This document shows positions 13,920 through 25,780 of a stretch of DNA of 64,000 bases, piece by piece (the first letter of the stretch is position 1; the number at the start of each line of letters is the position of its first letter). Source of the stretch: Hemiscyllium ocellatum. Lineage: Eukaryota. Where the stretch lies: contig NC_083410.1 of NCBI RefSeq assembly GCF_020745735.1, forward strand, positions 4,066,117 through 4,130,116, written 5' to 3'. A program made the position numbers and the translations under genes. The notes under the pieces were generated by a model. That model had not been told where the DNA came from, did no database searches, and saw nothing but the letters and a program-made list of their open reading frames with translations.

Positions 13920-14290
13920 TGACCATATTGATTTGGAATTTCAGTTCACAGAATTACCTTGCGAAAGTTTCATTTAACAGAATGAAGGTGAACAGAATGA
14001 GGCTGATAGGTTCAGAATATCTTTAGCAGAAATGCAACCAATGGATTCTGAATTCAGAGAGTTTTACCAAACAGCCTCCTCAGAAATGAAATCAGAAATC
14101 CCTTAGTGTTATTAATTGAAAGATAAAGTGTTAATGAAAAAATATTGTTCAGCCCAAATACCAGGCGATGGGGAATGGATAGAGATCTGTTTGGTGGTCA
14201 CTTCGTCTGATTTCTAGAATGAAATTTCACAAATTGGTTCATGAAATCCTAATGGCAGGATTTCTTGGGATTACAAAAATGCAGCGAATT
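13920..14290 (+). mobile_element. Gypsy (Gmr1-like) integrase N-terminal fragment
   Basis: Degenerate reading ...EMQPMDSEFREFYQTASSE...LKDKVLMKK... followed by a HE..MAGFLG-like remnant. It resembles the 20.8-21.2 kb integrase region. Confidence 0.5.
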
Positions 14291-14374
14291 CAAGAAAATC
14301 ATATACTGATCTCCAATTCATTCAGTGGGCAAGAGGTTATAGTTGAAGGAGATTGTTCTTAAATCTGTATTTAC

Positions 14375-14709
14375 TAGTGACATTGAGCTGGCTTCCTCTC
14401 CCATAGATCTTTCCCTGTACTGAGCAGTAATAGACTCCAGAGTCACTGGGCTGCATGTTTGTGATTGTCAGAATGAAACTGTCATTGCAGGGATCTCTGG
14501 AAGACCGGAATCGTTCAGTGAATCTTGTGTGGAGCCCTGTTTATCATGTGTTAAAATTCGCATCTTATGGCACCATGATTTTTGATGATACCATTGAGCA
14601 GTGGTGTCTGTCACTGTGGCGTTTCTCATGGTGCACTGTAACCAGGCAGTGTGACCATTGGTGACCCATTCCAGGTTTGGAGACTGGAGAAGGACTGGAG
14701 AATTTTCAC
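14375..14709 (-). pseudogene. Germline-joined V-J Ig-superfamily exon (light-chain/antigen-receptor-like), near-intact pseudogene
   Basis: The minus strand reads acceptor ttttcttccctaaag|GT GAA AAT..., giving (G)ENSPVLLQSPNLEWVTNGHTAWLQCTMRNATVTDTTAQWYHQKSWCHKMRILTHDKQGSTQ. After a frameshift it reads RFTERFRSSRDPCNDSFILTITNMQPSDSGVYYCSVQGKIYGRGSQLNVT(S)|gtaaat donor. B-strand Cys, C-strand Trp, D-x-G-x-YYC and a J-type GxG are all present. The exon is 335 nt versus 345 nt for the in-frame paralog at 55681-56025. Confidence 0.92.
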
Positions 14710-15090
14710 CTTTAGGGAAGAAAACCACGAGAATTTCAGAATCAATTCTCCAGGTTGCAGTGTGCTGCCAATTGTTCAAAGAGACAGTATTAATTAGGGA
14801 AGTGGTTTAAGACTGAACCAGTGGAGTTCAAGCAGATCAATTAAACTGTGTTTGAGTGATTAAATATCTTACATGACTATTAATGTAAATATTTGAAGAG
14901 GAACAGCTGGGTCAAAGTATAGAATGGCATTGAACCAGACTCTTTACAATCCTCCCAGTGCCATGTACACATTGCCTTACTGAGTGTAACTCACTCTCCA
15001 GCCAATATTCTGCTCTGGGGAACTGAGGAGACTAGTCAATATTACCATAGGACTATATCAGGGACTTATGATGTTAATTGAAAAAGTGCA

Positions 15091-15777
15091 TGTTATGAAG
15101 ATATGGTGCACTTTCCTTTTAGAAAGTTAAAAGCTAGCACCCATTGTTCTGAACAGAATACAATGTCACCTTTTGGTTCATTGGCTAGAGTAGCTGGTTG
15201 CCTGGAGACAAAGACAAAGTTGAATTATGCCAATCATTTAAATTATAGCAAAAAAAAACTCCAATCAAGTTTGAATTTAGTAAATTGACAATATTAAAAG
15301 CCAATGTCACAATCCAATGCTTTGGGGGTACAAGACCATGAAAAATCAAACAGTTGGGAGAGAACTGCCAAAAGACCAACAGTTGTAGGCTGCTAGTCAG
15401 AACTCTCTGAGAGGGACCTGTCTGGAGAAGGAGATTGCACAGAGAAAAACATCAACACCGACCTGGAGAGCAAATCTGTAGAGGAAGATGTAAAGAGAAG
15501 ATTCAACAGCTGGCTGGTCTTGAAATTTGGATTTTTCAGCAAATCTTAACCAAGGGTCTTGTCGGGCTAGTATTATAGAGGAAAAGTAAAAGATAGGTTA
15601 GAGGAAGTTGTAATAGTTGTTAGTTAATTAATCTCTGTATACTTGAAGAAATACTGTTGTTAATTTTACTTTAAAAACTTCTTGGCCTCTCAAACTTTCA
15701 CAGATTACTGCATGGGATAAATCTTTTCTGCGTTACCAGTTTAAGTTAAGCAGGAGGGTTTACCCTGTGATGTAACA
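15091..15777. mobile_element. Solo LTR (Gypsy-type)
   Basis: Begins TGTTATG and ends TGTAACA (TG...CA termini), the same terminal style as the 22.8 kb and 37.5 kb LTRs. The body is A/T-rich. Confidence 0.65.
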
Positions 15778-16859
15778 CCATATATACCGTGCCCCGCTGA
15801 GTGTAACTCACTTCCCAGCCAATATTCTGCTCTGGGGACTGGTGTGAATTATGATCATCCTGGGGAAACAAGTCAATATTACCATGGGAACCCTAGCTAT
15901 ATCAGGGGCTTATAATATTCATTGAAAAAGAGCATCACAATGGATTCAATGTGTAGAAGTATAGAAAGGTATTGCTGCACCCTCAGAAAGGAACCCATTG
16001 TTCGTGCTATCTATTTGGTCCAACTGTCAGTGATGTTATCAAGTGACTGGAGAGCGCTCTGAAAGGGGTGAGGTTAAACAGTTAGCAGTCCCACTCCAAA
16101 TATATCACAATGACAGAAGCAGAAATAGGACCGTGCTCAAGCAGTCAGAGTTTAGGAAGCTAAGAAAGGAAACTGCATTTCCTCTTAGTACCATGGACAA
16201 GTGAGTAGATCAACAGAAGGAACGAGCAGATGGAAAGGTGATTGGAGAAATGGTGCAGGTGGGAGGACGATGTGAAATGTCTGCAACTGTGATCCTGGGG
16301 ATTCATAAGAAGGTGACACCTGGAGAGGACAGCAAGTTACAGGAGAAAGTGAGGACTGCAGATGCTGGAGACCAGAGTTGAAAAGTGTGATGCTGGAAAA
16401 GCGCAGCAGGCCAGGCAGCATCCGAGGAGCAAGAGAATCGACGTTTCAAATATAAGCCCTTTTTCAGAAAGGGCCTAGGACAGCAAGTTGCACCTAACAA
16501 GAGCCAGACTTTGTGAGCTGGTGCCTAGAGGGGGCTGGGGATAAATTAACTTGGCAGGGCTCTGCGAATTAGAAGGAAATGTCATTCAGGAGTCTCCAGT
16601 TTCACCGACACAGACAGCTCGAAAGTACAAAGTCATAAGCTATTGGGTGTGTTCAGAGTAATGTCACAATGTCAGAATTAATGTTGATGTCTAAAGGGAT
16701 TACTTAAAACTAAGAAAGTTTAAGATAATTTGTCTGAAATGTCAATTTTTCTTCTCCTCGGATGTGGCCTGACTTGCTGTGCTTTTCCAGCACTACACTC
16801 TTGACTGATCTCCAACATCTGCAGTCCTCACTTTCTCATTCAGTTCATTTATATGAATA

Positions 16860-17740
16860 ATCAAGGGATAGCCTTTCAGCAGCCCAAGCCTCTGAATACA
16901 GAAAGAGTTAGGTTAAATTTATCAATGTGATAGAAAAGGATATTCCCTTGGAGGTGAATATTGAAGAGTGCTGGTGTTAGAATAAATGGGATTTTATTGT
17001 TTCCATGTGCTATACTGTAAATAGAAGAGCCTTGGGAAAAGTTGATGAGCAGAGAGATCTGGGCGTTCAGGTCGATTGTGCACTGAAGATGGCTGCACAG
17101 GTGGATAGAGTGGTCAAGAAGGCATATAGTGTGCTTGCCTTCATTGGACAAGGTATTGAGCAGAAGAGCTGCAGTTCATGTTAAAATTGTACAAGACTTT
17201 GGTCCAGCCGCATTTAGAATACTATGTACATTATCAAAAGGATGTTGATGCTTTGGAGATGGTGCAGAAAAAGTTTACAAGGATGTTGCTTGGTATGGAA
17301 GGTGCTAGCTATGAAGAAAGGTTGAGTAGGGTAGGATTGTTTTCATTAGAAAAGAGGAAATTGAGGGGTAAGCTGATTGAGGTCTACAAAATCATGAAGG
17401 GTATAGACACTGGAGATGGAGATAAGCTTTTTCCCAAGATAAGGGATTCAAAAATGAGAGGTCATGTGTTCAAGGTGAGAGGTGAAATGTTTAAGAGGGG
17501 TATACATGGTGAGTACTTTACATGGTACAGGATGGTAGGTGACTGCAACGCCTTGCCAGCAGAGGTAGTAGAGGCAGGCACGGTAGCTTCATTTCAGGTA
17601 GGTCTAGACAGATGCATGAGTAGGTGGGGAGCAGAGGGATGCAGATCCTTAGGAATTGGATGATAGATTTAGACAGTGGACTTGTATCGGCTCAGGCTTG
17701 GAGGGCCAAATGGCCTGTTCCTCGTCTGTAAATTTTCTTT
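16860..17740 (+). mobile_element. CR1 3' portion
   Basis: ORF 17178-17663, LKLYKTLVQPHLEY...RGKLIEVYKIMKG. Confidence 0.9.
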
Positions 17741-20700
17741 GTGCTTTGTTCTCTTTGGTTTTGTTTTCAAATTTCATTGAATCAGGTTATATGCAAATAG
17801 TTTAGTTTATTCTACTTTATCTGAATGTCTTATGTGTAATAAACTTCTGTTTCATTGTGAATACCAAATCTGGAGCCTTGTGTGTTTGTTACAGTGAAAG
17901 ACCACCTCATTAGAAAAAATAATGATAACTGAATCCATCAAATCAGTACTACAAGAAATAAACTGACCTGAGTATTGGTGTAAGATAAAACAAGATGGTC
18001 AGGCCAGGGATTCAGATCATGCTGCTGCAGCGAGATTAATGAGAATGGAATGAGGGGAAAACTCAGAGAACTGAAAGGCTTGTTTTGATGATGATGAAGC
18101 ATTCAGGATGAGCAAGGCAGGGGTTCAGGCAGATCCCTGACATATGTCATACAGACAGTTAGGGTGAGGATAAGAGACATATCAAAGAATAGAGAACAAC
18201 ACAGCACAGGAACAGGCCCTTTGACCCTCCAACCTGCACCAATACATTCACCCTACCATACTAAAACTGTCTTCACTTTCAGAATCCGCATCCCTCTATT
18301 CCCTTCCTATTCATGTATTCACCCAGGTGCTTCTTGAATGCTGCTTTTGTGTCAATTGCCAGAAAGTAAACAGGAGACTGATTGCAATCACAGGAATATT
18401 GAAGGAATCTTCAGAGAAGGGGACATTGCAAAATTAATCACTGTTATGATAGGGTAGGACAGAGAGAACATGATCCTTTGAAAGTACCAATGAGGGAGAG
18501 GATGTTCAGGACATTCCTGAGAATTTTTCTTTGGATATTATCAAGGACAGTGAGACCACTGGAGGGTCTGAGTATTGTATCTCAAAGGGGAGTATTTCTG
18601 CTTCAAAGTAAGGAAGTAAAAAACAAATATCTTGAGAGGCTTTTGGGTATGTCAGTCACTGATGCTGCCTGGTGGTCCTCTTTGATTTCCAGAGAAGTTA
18701 ATGAAGGAGAAAATTGTAAATGGAGGCATTCATAGAGATTACAAACCAGTCTAATTACACCAAAGCAGTGGGAGGAGTGTAATAAATTCCTCGAAAGGCT
18801 TTGTGTGATCCAGAGTGGCTAAGATTGGGGAAGTTTTTAACACAGTTTTTAGGCTGTCAAATGCCTTTTGACAGTCCACTGTCCATTGAAATCTCTTGCC
18901 CTTTTTTAACAATTCTGTGAGTGCAACAGCTAAACTGCTAAAGTTCAGTGCAATCCACTTTCGGTAAGATCCACTCAACTCCAGGAACCATAGTACTGCT
19001 TTTTCTGTCGATGGTGTGGGAAATTCCCCAATTACTTTTGTTTTCACATCACATGGGACCATTTGTCCATGTCCAATAACATGGCCCAGGAAGATGAGTT
19101 AGACTTTGGAAAATCCACTCTTAACCATGTTTATCACCAAGTCTGCCTTCTGAAATCAATTGAGCAATTCCAATAAATGCTGTGAATGTTCCATCCATGA
19201 GTGACTAAAAATCAACAGGTCACCTTTATACAACACACAGATGAGTAATCTGGAGATGATCTTATTAGTTAATCTCTGAAAAGTGGCTGGAGCATTTTTC
19301 ATACCAAATGGCATGAATTTGAACTGATATAGTCCATTTGGTGTTACGAAAGCTGAAATTGCCCTTGCTTTCTCTGTCAGAGATACTTGCCGTAGCCTCT
19401 GAGCAAGTTCAACTTAGAAATGTAAGTTACTTGTTGCACTTTTTTGACACAGTCCTCCATCCATGGAATTAAATATGCATCAGTCTTTGTAACGGTATTA
19501 ATTTTGCCATAGATCACACATAGCTATTGGGTACCATCTGGCTTTGGCACCATCACTATGGATGAGCTTCAATCACTGTAACTCACTTCAATTATGCCAT
19601 CTTAGACAATACGCTCTATGTCCTTCTGAATCTCTGCCATCTATGCCTATAAGAATATTGCTTAATCGGAACAGCAATCTCCTATATTGACATCATGCAC
19701 AATTAGTTTAGTACTTCCCACTTCATTTCCGCATATCTTCCCATGTGATAGTAATAACTCTTTCAGGTCATTTTGATTTCCTTGTGGAAAGTAATTCAAT
19801 GATATAGCAGAATTTTTGACAACTTCCTCATTGTCCAATTTGATTTGAGGAATGTCCAATTCAGAGCCTTATGAACTTTGTTTTTTTTTCTGAGACGTAA
19901 TCATGAACACCTTCTCCTCTTGATTTCCTTCCCTATCAAAATACCTTTGAGCATATTCACATAACACACAGTGCAAGACTTCTTCCTGTCTGGAGTCCAT
20001 ATTACGTAGTTACCTCACTCAATTTCTTCTCAGTTTGATAAGGTCTACCAAACCTTACTTTTAAAGGCTCACCTGTTGCAAAATTGTGAATTTGTGATTT
20101 CTTACTCACTTCCTGTTTTACTGTATATTGTGATACTTTTAAATATTGTCTAGCCAACCCTCCAGCTCTATTTAATTGTTCTCTAAAATTTGACACATAG
20201 TCCTAATAGGTGTTCTGTGAATTCTGACTTATTAATTTCTCCTTAATAAATTTTAATGGCTCTCTTACTTCATACTCAAAAATTAATTCATATTGGACTG
20301 AATTTGGTTGATTCATTCGGCGCATCTCTGATCACAAAACCTACAAACGGAACTCCCTTATTGCAATCATATGGATAATCCTGACAAAAAAGCGCTCAAC
20401 ATGGTCTTTAGTTTTTAATGCCATCTCTCTAGTGCTCCCTGTGATTCCAGATGGCTTGCAGTTGATTTAAATTGATTTATTCCCAAGTTATCTAGAACCT
20501 TCTTGAATAGTTTGGATATGAAGTTTGATCCTTGATCTGACTGGGTCCATATAGGCAGTCTATATCTAGTAAAAAAAAAGTAATTCTTCTACAATCCTTT
20601 TAGCTGTGATGTTGTGTAATTTGATTGCCTCTGGAAATTCAGTTGTTGTTAATAAATACTTATTCCCACTCTTTGTTTGAGGTAGTGGAAGTACACAATC

Positions 20701-22172
20701 ACTCAAGACTCTAGTGAAAACTTCATCAAATACAGGACTAGGTATAAATGGTGCAGGTTTTATTACTGCCTATGGCTTTCCAATTAGCTTACATTTATGA
20801 CACATCTGGCAAAATTCAATTCCATCTTTGCGTAGTTGACGCCAGTAAAAATGTCTTTGGATTTTAGCCTGTGTTTTCCTCACCCCTAAATAACCTCCAA
20901 GTGGTAGCTCATGTGCCACTCGCAACATCTTCTTTTGATACCCTACTGGCACAAACAATTTGATGAATCTCTGCCCATTTGTCATCTGTTTGAATGCGTG
21001 TTGGTCTCCTTTTCCTCATTAAGACATAATTTGTAAAGTAATAACATACAGGAAGGCATTCACTCTCCTTCTCTGTATTTGCCTTTTGAAATAACTGTTT
21101 TTAACTCCTCATCTGTCTGCTGTAATTCAATAAGCATAGTAGAGCTGAAGATACTTCCATGTTTACTTATTTACTCCTTCTCTGTTCCACTTATCTGATC
21201 AAAGATGTTTTGTATCTGTGCCTTTTGATTTCTCCTGCTTCAGCTTGTGCCCCTGTGATCTTGCGATCACACAATCAGAGAAAATTCCTGGATGAAGGTC
21301 CTTCATTTATTCAGTTGCCAGCGTCTCACTGGCTTTTCAACTAGAGTAGGTAGCACAGCTAGCTGTGAATCAGCTATATCATTTGCAAGGACAAATTTTA
21401 TTCCTGGAGCTGAGAGTTTGTCTAGTACTCCTACAACAAATTCTCCACTCTTCTCTGGACTCTCTGACCTCACTTAACATAATTGAGCACTTTTAGTCTC
21501 ATAATGAATTCCTGTTACTATCATCTTTTTTGGCAATGGTCCCTCGGGAATGCATATCTCCTAATCCCTCAGCATTACAGACTGAGAGAAGCCTGTGTGC
21601 CTTAATATTGGCACCTCCTTACCTATTGCTCCTGGCCTCTGTGAATACACTTTCCCCTTGCATGTATATTTTTTAAGCAGTTCTGGCACTTCCTCCTTAA
21701 TCAAATTCTGAACAACTTGTACATTCTGAAGCAGTTGTCTAACTTCCCTTTGCTTTTTGTTACTAGTCCAACAAAACATCCGGGCTTGTCTGATTTTCCT
21801 ACATCTGTCTTTCTCCGAGTCCAGCAATACTGTGATTTTGTGTGTCTGGCTCACTTTATATCAATTAAAATACTGGTGCCTTTTTACTTCTTTGTCCCAA
21901 TCAAGGGTTTATTTTTTATCCTGTGGTATGTTGTCTTATGCTCTTCACTGAGATCTACCTTTCCCTTTCCACATGAGGATTTCTCTTTGCCCCAGTTTCT
22001 ATCCCTCATGGACTGAATTTGATTCTGGAAGCTAAACTGAGTTTTATTGACCAGCTCATAATCATCAGTCACTTCAGCTGCTAACTTTGCTGCTTCAACT
22101 TTCTGTTCTTCAACATGGGTTCACACTACTTCCTCACTAAGTCTACTCTCAGCCTTTATCTCCAGCCTTTTA

Positions 22173-22290
22173 GGGGCTTATGGCCCGAAACGTCGATTCT
22201 CCTGCTCCTTGGATGCTGCTTGACCTGCTGTGCTTTTCCAGCAACACATTTTCAGCTCTGATCTCCAGCATCTGCAGTCCTCACTTTCTC
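22173..22290 (+). mobile_element. Short PLE-pLTR-derived element with 13-bp TSD
   Basis: ctccagcctttta is duplicated at 22160-22172 and 22291-22303. The insert starts ggggcttatggcccgaaacgtcga. Confidence 0.8.
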
Positions 22291-22838
22291 CTCCAGCCTT
22301 TTAAGCTGACTTTCCTTTTAAGTATCAGTTTTTGAGTTCAAACACTCTCTCTTTTTATTTATCTGCTCTCACTTTTCCCCCTATTCTGCTGCTCTCTCTT
22401 TTTTTCTCTGTTCTGCTGCTCTCTCTTTTCCCCATTCTTCTGTTTTTAATTGTAACTCAAACTGTTTCATTTCTGCTGCCCTTTCCTTATCTCTCATCTC
22501 AAATCCAAGCTGCTTCATTTGCACATAGACAGATTCTGATGGTTTCTCCAGCAAGTTTAAATGTTGAGCTACTGCTGTAATTATCTCTACTTCTCTCACA
22601 GAAGCAGACAGTTCCAATTCCAACTTCTCAGCTAATTCTTGCAAATTAGTCTTATTTGCTTTTTGAAAACTTTCCAAAGTCACTGCATCCACTTCCAGAA
22701 AACTTTTGGTGTCTGAAAGAGCCGTTCCTCTCCCAAACTTTATCCACTCAACCAAAGCAACACCTGAAATGAAGACACTTGCACCTATTACTTACTGTTT
22801 AAAATCCCACAAAGAGCCCCCAATCTGTTATGGACTAG

Positions 22839-23080
22839 CTGAAAATGTGTTGCTGGTTAAAGCGCAGCAGGTCAGGCAGCATCCAAGGAACAGGAAATTC
22901 GACATTTCGGGCACAAGCCCTTCATCAGGAGTGATCGAAACCTCTGCTACTGTTCAATGTCACCTTGAGCTGCTTCCCTTTGGGTGGGTGCTGTCTTCTG
23001 TCATTGCATCTACTTACCGAGTGTCCAAATGGCATGTAGCATATCGATGCACTCGCCAAATCCACTCCATTCAAATGTTA
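22839..23080 (-). mobile_element. Short PLE-pLTR-derived insertion with 14-bp TSD at the Gmr1 LTR end
   Basis: ctgttatggactag occurs at 22825-22838 and 23081-23094. The insert contains the reverse complement of ctgatgaagggcttgtgcccgaaatgtcga. Confidence 0.8.
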
Positions 23081-23444
23081 CTGTTATGGACTAGGCCAAA
23101 CATTCTTAAGCAGACAGCTCAGACCGTAACTTTGCAATTTGTTTCAGTAAGTGTACAGTGAAAATTGCCCGGAGTAAGCTAGCTAGATTGACTACTAGAT
23201 TATAACAGACAAAAGTTTATTCACAAAATTACACAATGAAACACAAAGAACAAAATAAAGAACCCCTACAGAACTCAGTCTATCCAAAATAGATTAAGTA
23301 TGCTGTTCTCAATATACACAACAGTCCCAATAAACAAACTCTCTTTAAAAACCAGTATAAATGGAACACATGTCTACAGCTTGAAGTGGAAGAGTAGAAA
23401 GAGAGAGAGCATTTACACACAGCTCCCTGTTGAATTTGCCACAA

Positions 23445-24620
23445 GGATCTGTTTGGGACCACTACTGTTTGTCATTTTCATAAATGACTTGGACGCAGGT
23501 ATAGGTGGATGGGTTAGTAAGTTTGCAGATGGCACTAAAGTCGGTGGAGTATGGAAAGTGAGGAAGAATGTTGCAGTTTGCAGGGGGACTTGCATAAACT
23601 GCAGAATTGGGCTGACAGGGTCAAATTTGGAGTACTGTGTCCAGTTTTGGTCCCCACACCTCAGGAAGGACATACTGGCACTGGAACGTGTCCAGCGGAG
23701 ATTCACATGGATGATCCCTGGAATGGATGGTCTAACATATGAGGAATGGCTAAGGATCCTGGGATTGTATTCACTGAGTTTAGAAGATTAAGGGGAGACT
23801 TAATAGAGACGTACAAGATAATACATGGCTTGGAAAGGTTGGACGCTAGGAAATTGTTTCTGTTAGGCGAGGAGCGTAGGACCTGTGGACACAGCCTTAG
23901 AATTAGAGGGGGTCAATTCAGAACAGAAATGCGGAGACATTTCTTCAGCCAGAGAGTGGCGGGCCTGTGGAATTCATTGCCGCAGAGTGCAGTGGAGGCT
24001 GGGACGCTAGATGTTTTCAAGGCAGAGATTGATAGATTCTTGTTGCCTCAAGGAATTAAAGGCTACGGGGAGAATGCGGGTAAGTGGAGTTGAAATGCCC
24101 ATCAGCTATGATTGAATGGCAGAGTGGACAAGATGGGTCGAATGGCCTTACTTCCACTCCTATGTCTTATGGTCTTATGGTCTTAAATGGAATGCAGAGA
24201 AATGTGAGGCAATTCACTTTGTAAGAATAACAGGAAGGCAGAATACTGGGTCAATGGAAAGATTCTTGGTAGTGTGGATGTGAAGAGGAATATTGGAGTC
24301 CATGTACATAAATCACTGAAAGTTGCCACCCAGGTTGATAATGCTGTTGAGAAGGCATACGGTGTGCTAAGTTTTATTGATAGAGGGATTGTGTTTCAGA
24401 GTGGTAATGTCATGCTGCAGCCATACCAAACATTAGTGCGGATGCACTTAGAATATTGCATACAGTTCTGGTCGCCTCATTACGGGAATGATGTGGAAGC
24501 ATAGGAAAAGGTGCAGAGGTGATTTACCAGGATGTTGCTTGGTCTGAAGGGAAGGTCTTATGAGGAAAGGCTGAGACACTTGGGTCTGTTCTCATGGGAG
24601 AGGAGAAGGCTGAGAGGGGA
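23445..24620 (+). mobile_element. Two adjacent CR1 3' fragments
   Basis: [14 protein letters not shown]...KFADGTK, RRHFFSQRV and a (tcttatgg)n tail at about 24165-24185. A second copy starts at 24186. Confidence 0.9.
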
Positions 24621-24929
24621 TGGCCTAAAGTCTCATTGATTTACATGTAAACAGAAAGCCTATCAAAATCCTTTTCACCTCTGTACCAAACCAGACTGAT
24701 TGGAGTGGGGCACAGTTTATTACCCCCTTGAAAAAATCAAGGAGAGAGTATCCTTGAGCCAAGTAACAGCTTTTAGCAAAAAAAGGGATAAGCTTTGTGA
24801 CAGTGTACCTCCCTTGTCTGCTTCATCAGCAGGAGTTTTGGGTAAAATGTTTTCAAAACAGAAACAGATCAAACGAACAATACCTCAATTTGTAACCCAT
24901 TTTTGTAGACCATCCTGTTCCTTTCTACG

Positions 24930-25780
24930 AAAATGCTCCCTCACTGTCACCTCAAACAGCTGTCCAGCTTCATTCCACCAGATTAGGTCCCGCACTGCAC
25001 CCTCCCATGTTGGACTTTCTACACATTGATATAAAGAGCTCTCCAGTGTACACTTTAAGAAATCTGCTCCTCTGGAACCTTTACACTATTGTTAGGCTAA
25101 TCAATGTTGAGGAAGTTGAAATTCCTTGATATAATTATCCATTTATTACACACCTCAGTGAATTGTGGACATATCGGCTCTTCTATTGCCCAGTGACAGT
25201 TGGACATTGACAATACACTCCCAGTGTGTGACTGTTCCTAACCTCTATCCACAAAGCCTCATTTGAAAACCTTTCTAAGATATTGTTCCTCCTTACTGCA
25301 GTAATGGATTCTTTTATAAATAACATAACACCAACTTCTCTTGGCACCTTCCCCTGTCCTGCCCGAAGATCCTTTGCCCCAGAATGTTGAATTGTCAGTC
25401 CTGCCCCTCCCTCAAACATGTCCCTGTGTTTGCAACAACATCCTAGTCCAGGTGTCAATCCATGCCCTTGACTCACTCTCTGACTCACTTTACTCTGAGC
25501 ATGAGCCTGCTTTCCTCCCTTGAAACCCAACATAGCTTAACTTGATCTGCCTTTGTTCCTTCACTAAAGTAGGCTATGTCCTTACATACTAACACAAAAT
25601 ATCTCCTCCCTCTGGGGTACTACTTTAAATTCCTCCCAAGAGCACGTGCAAACCCACCCACACAGGGGTGTTGGTCCCATTCTGGTTCAGGTGCAGCCTG
25701 TCCCATCAATGGTTTCCTTATGCTTCACTTCAATGCTTCTGCCAAATTGTTCCACAGTGTAAACAGACTGATCAAAAGAT
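24930..25780 (-). mobile_element. CR1 endonuclease / ORF1-ORF2 junction fragment
   Basis: GVMLFIKESITAVRR...EALWIEVRN...TLGVY (APE endonuclease). Confidence 0.75.

Larger units (their letters stand above)
18745..23440 (-). mobile_element. Gmr1-like Ty3/Gypsy LTR retrotransposon (degenerate, 3'-truncated), integrase upstream of RT
   Basis: On the minus strand: LTR ending ...cataaca followed by tRNA-Pro-type PBS TGGGGGCTC (about 22815-22830); gag (ORF 22381-22755); protease-like ILRHTGFSQS (about 21590); integrase HHCC AHELPLGGYLG...CQMCHKC (20770-20985) and SDQGSNF; then RT (IVMVPKPDG, FKFMPFGMKNAPATFQR, FLGH; 19050-19650) and connection/RNase H (ORF 18751-19062). Confidence 0.88.

Noticed and set aside
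14937-15050. ATG...gtgagt/gtaagg upstream of the 14.7 kb V as its leader exon
   Set aside because: The peptide MVILTSLLSSPEQNIGWR is not a good signal peptide, and the donor phases (0 or 2) do not match the phase-1 V exon.
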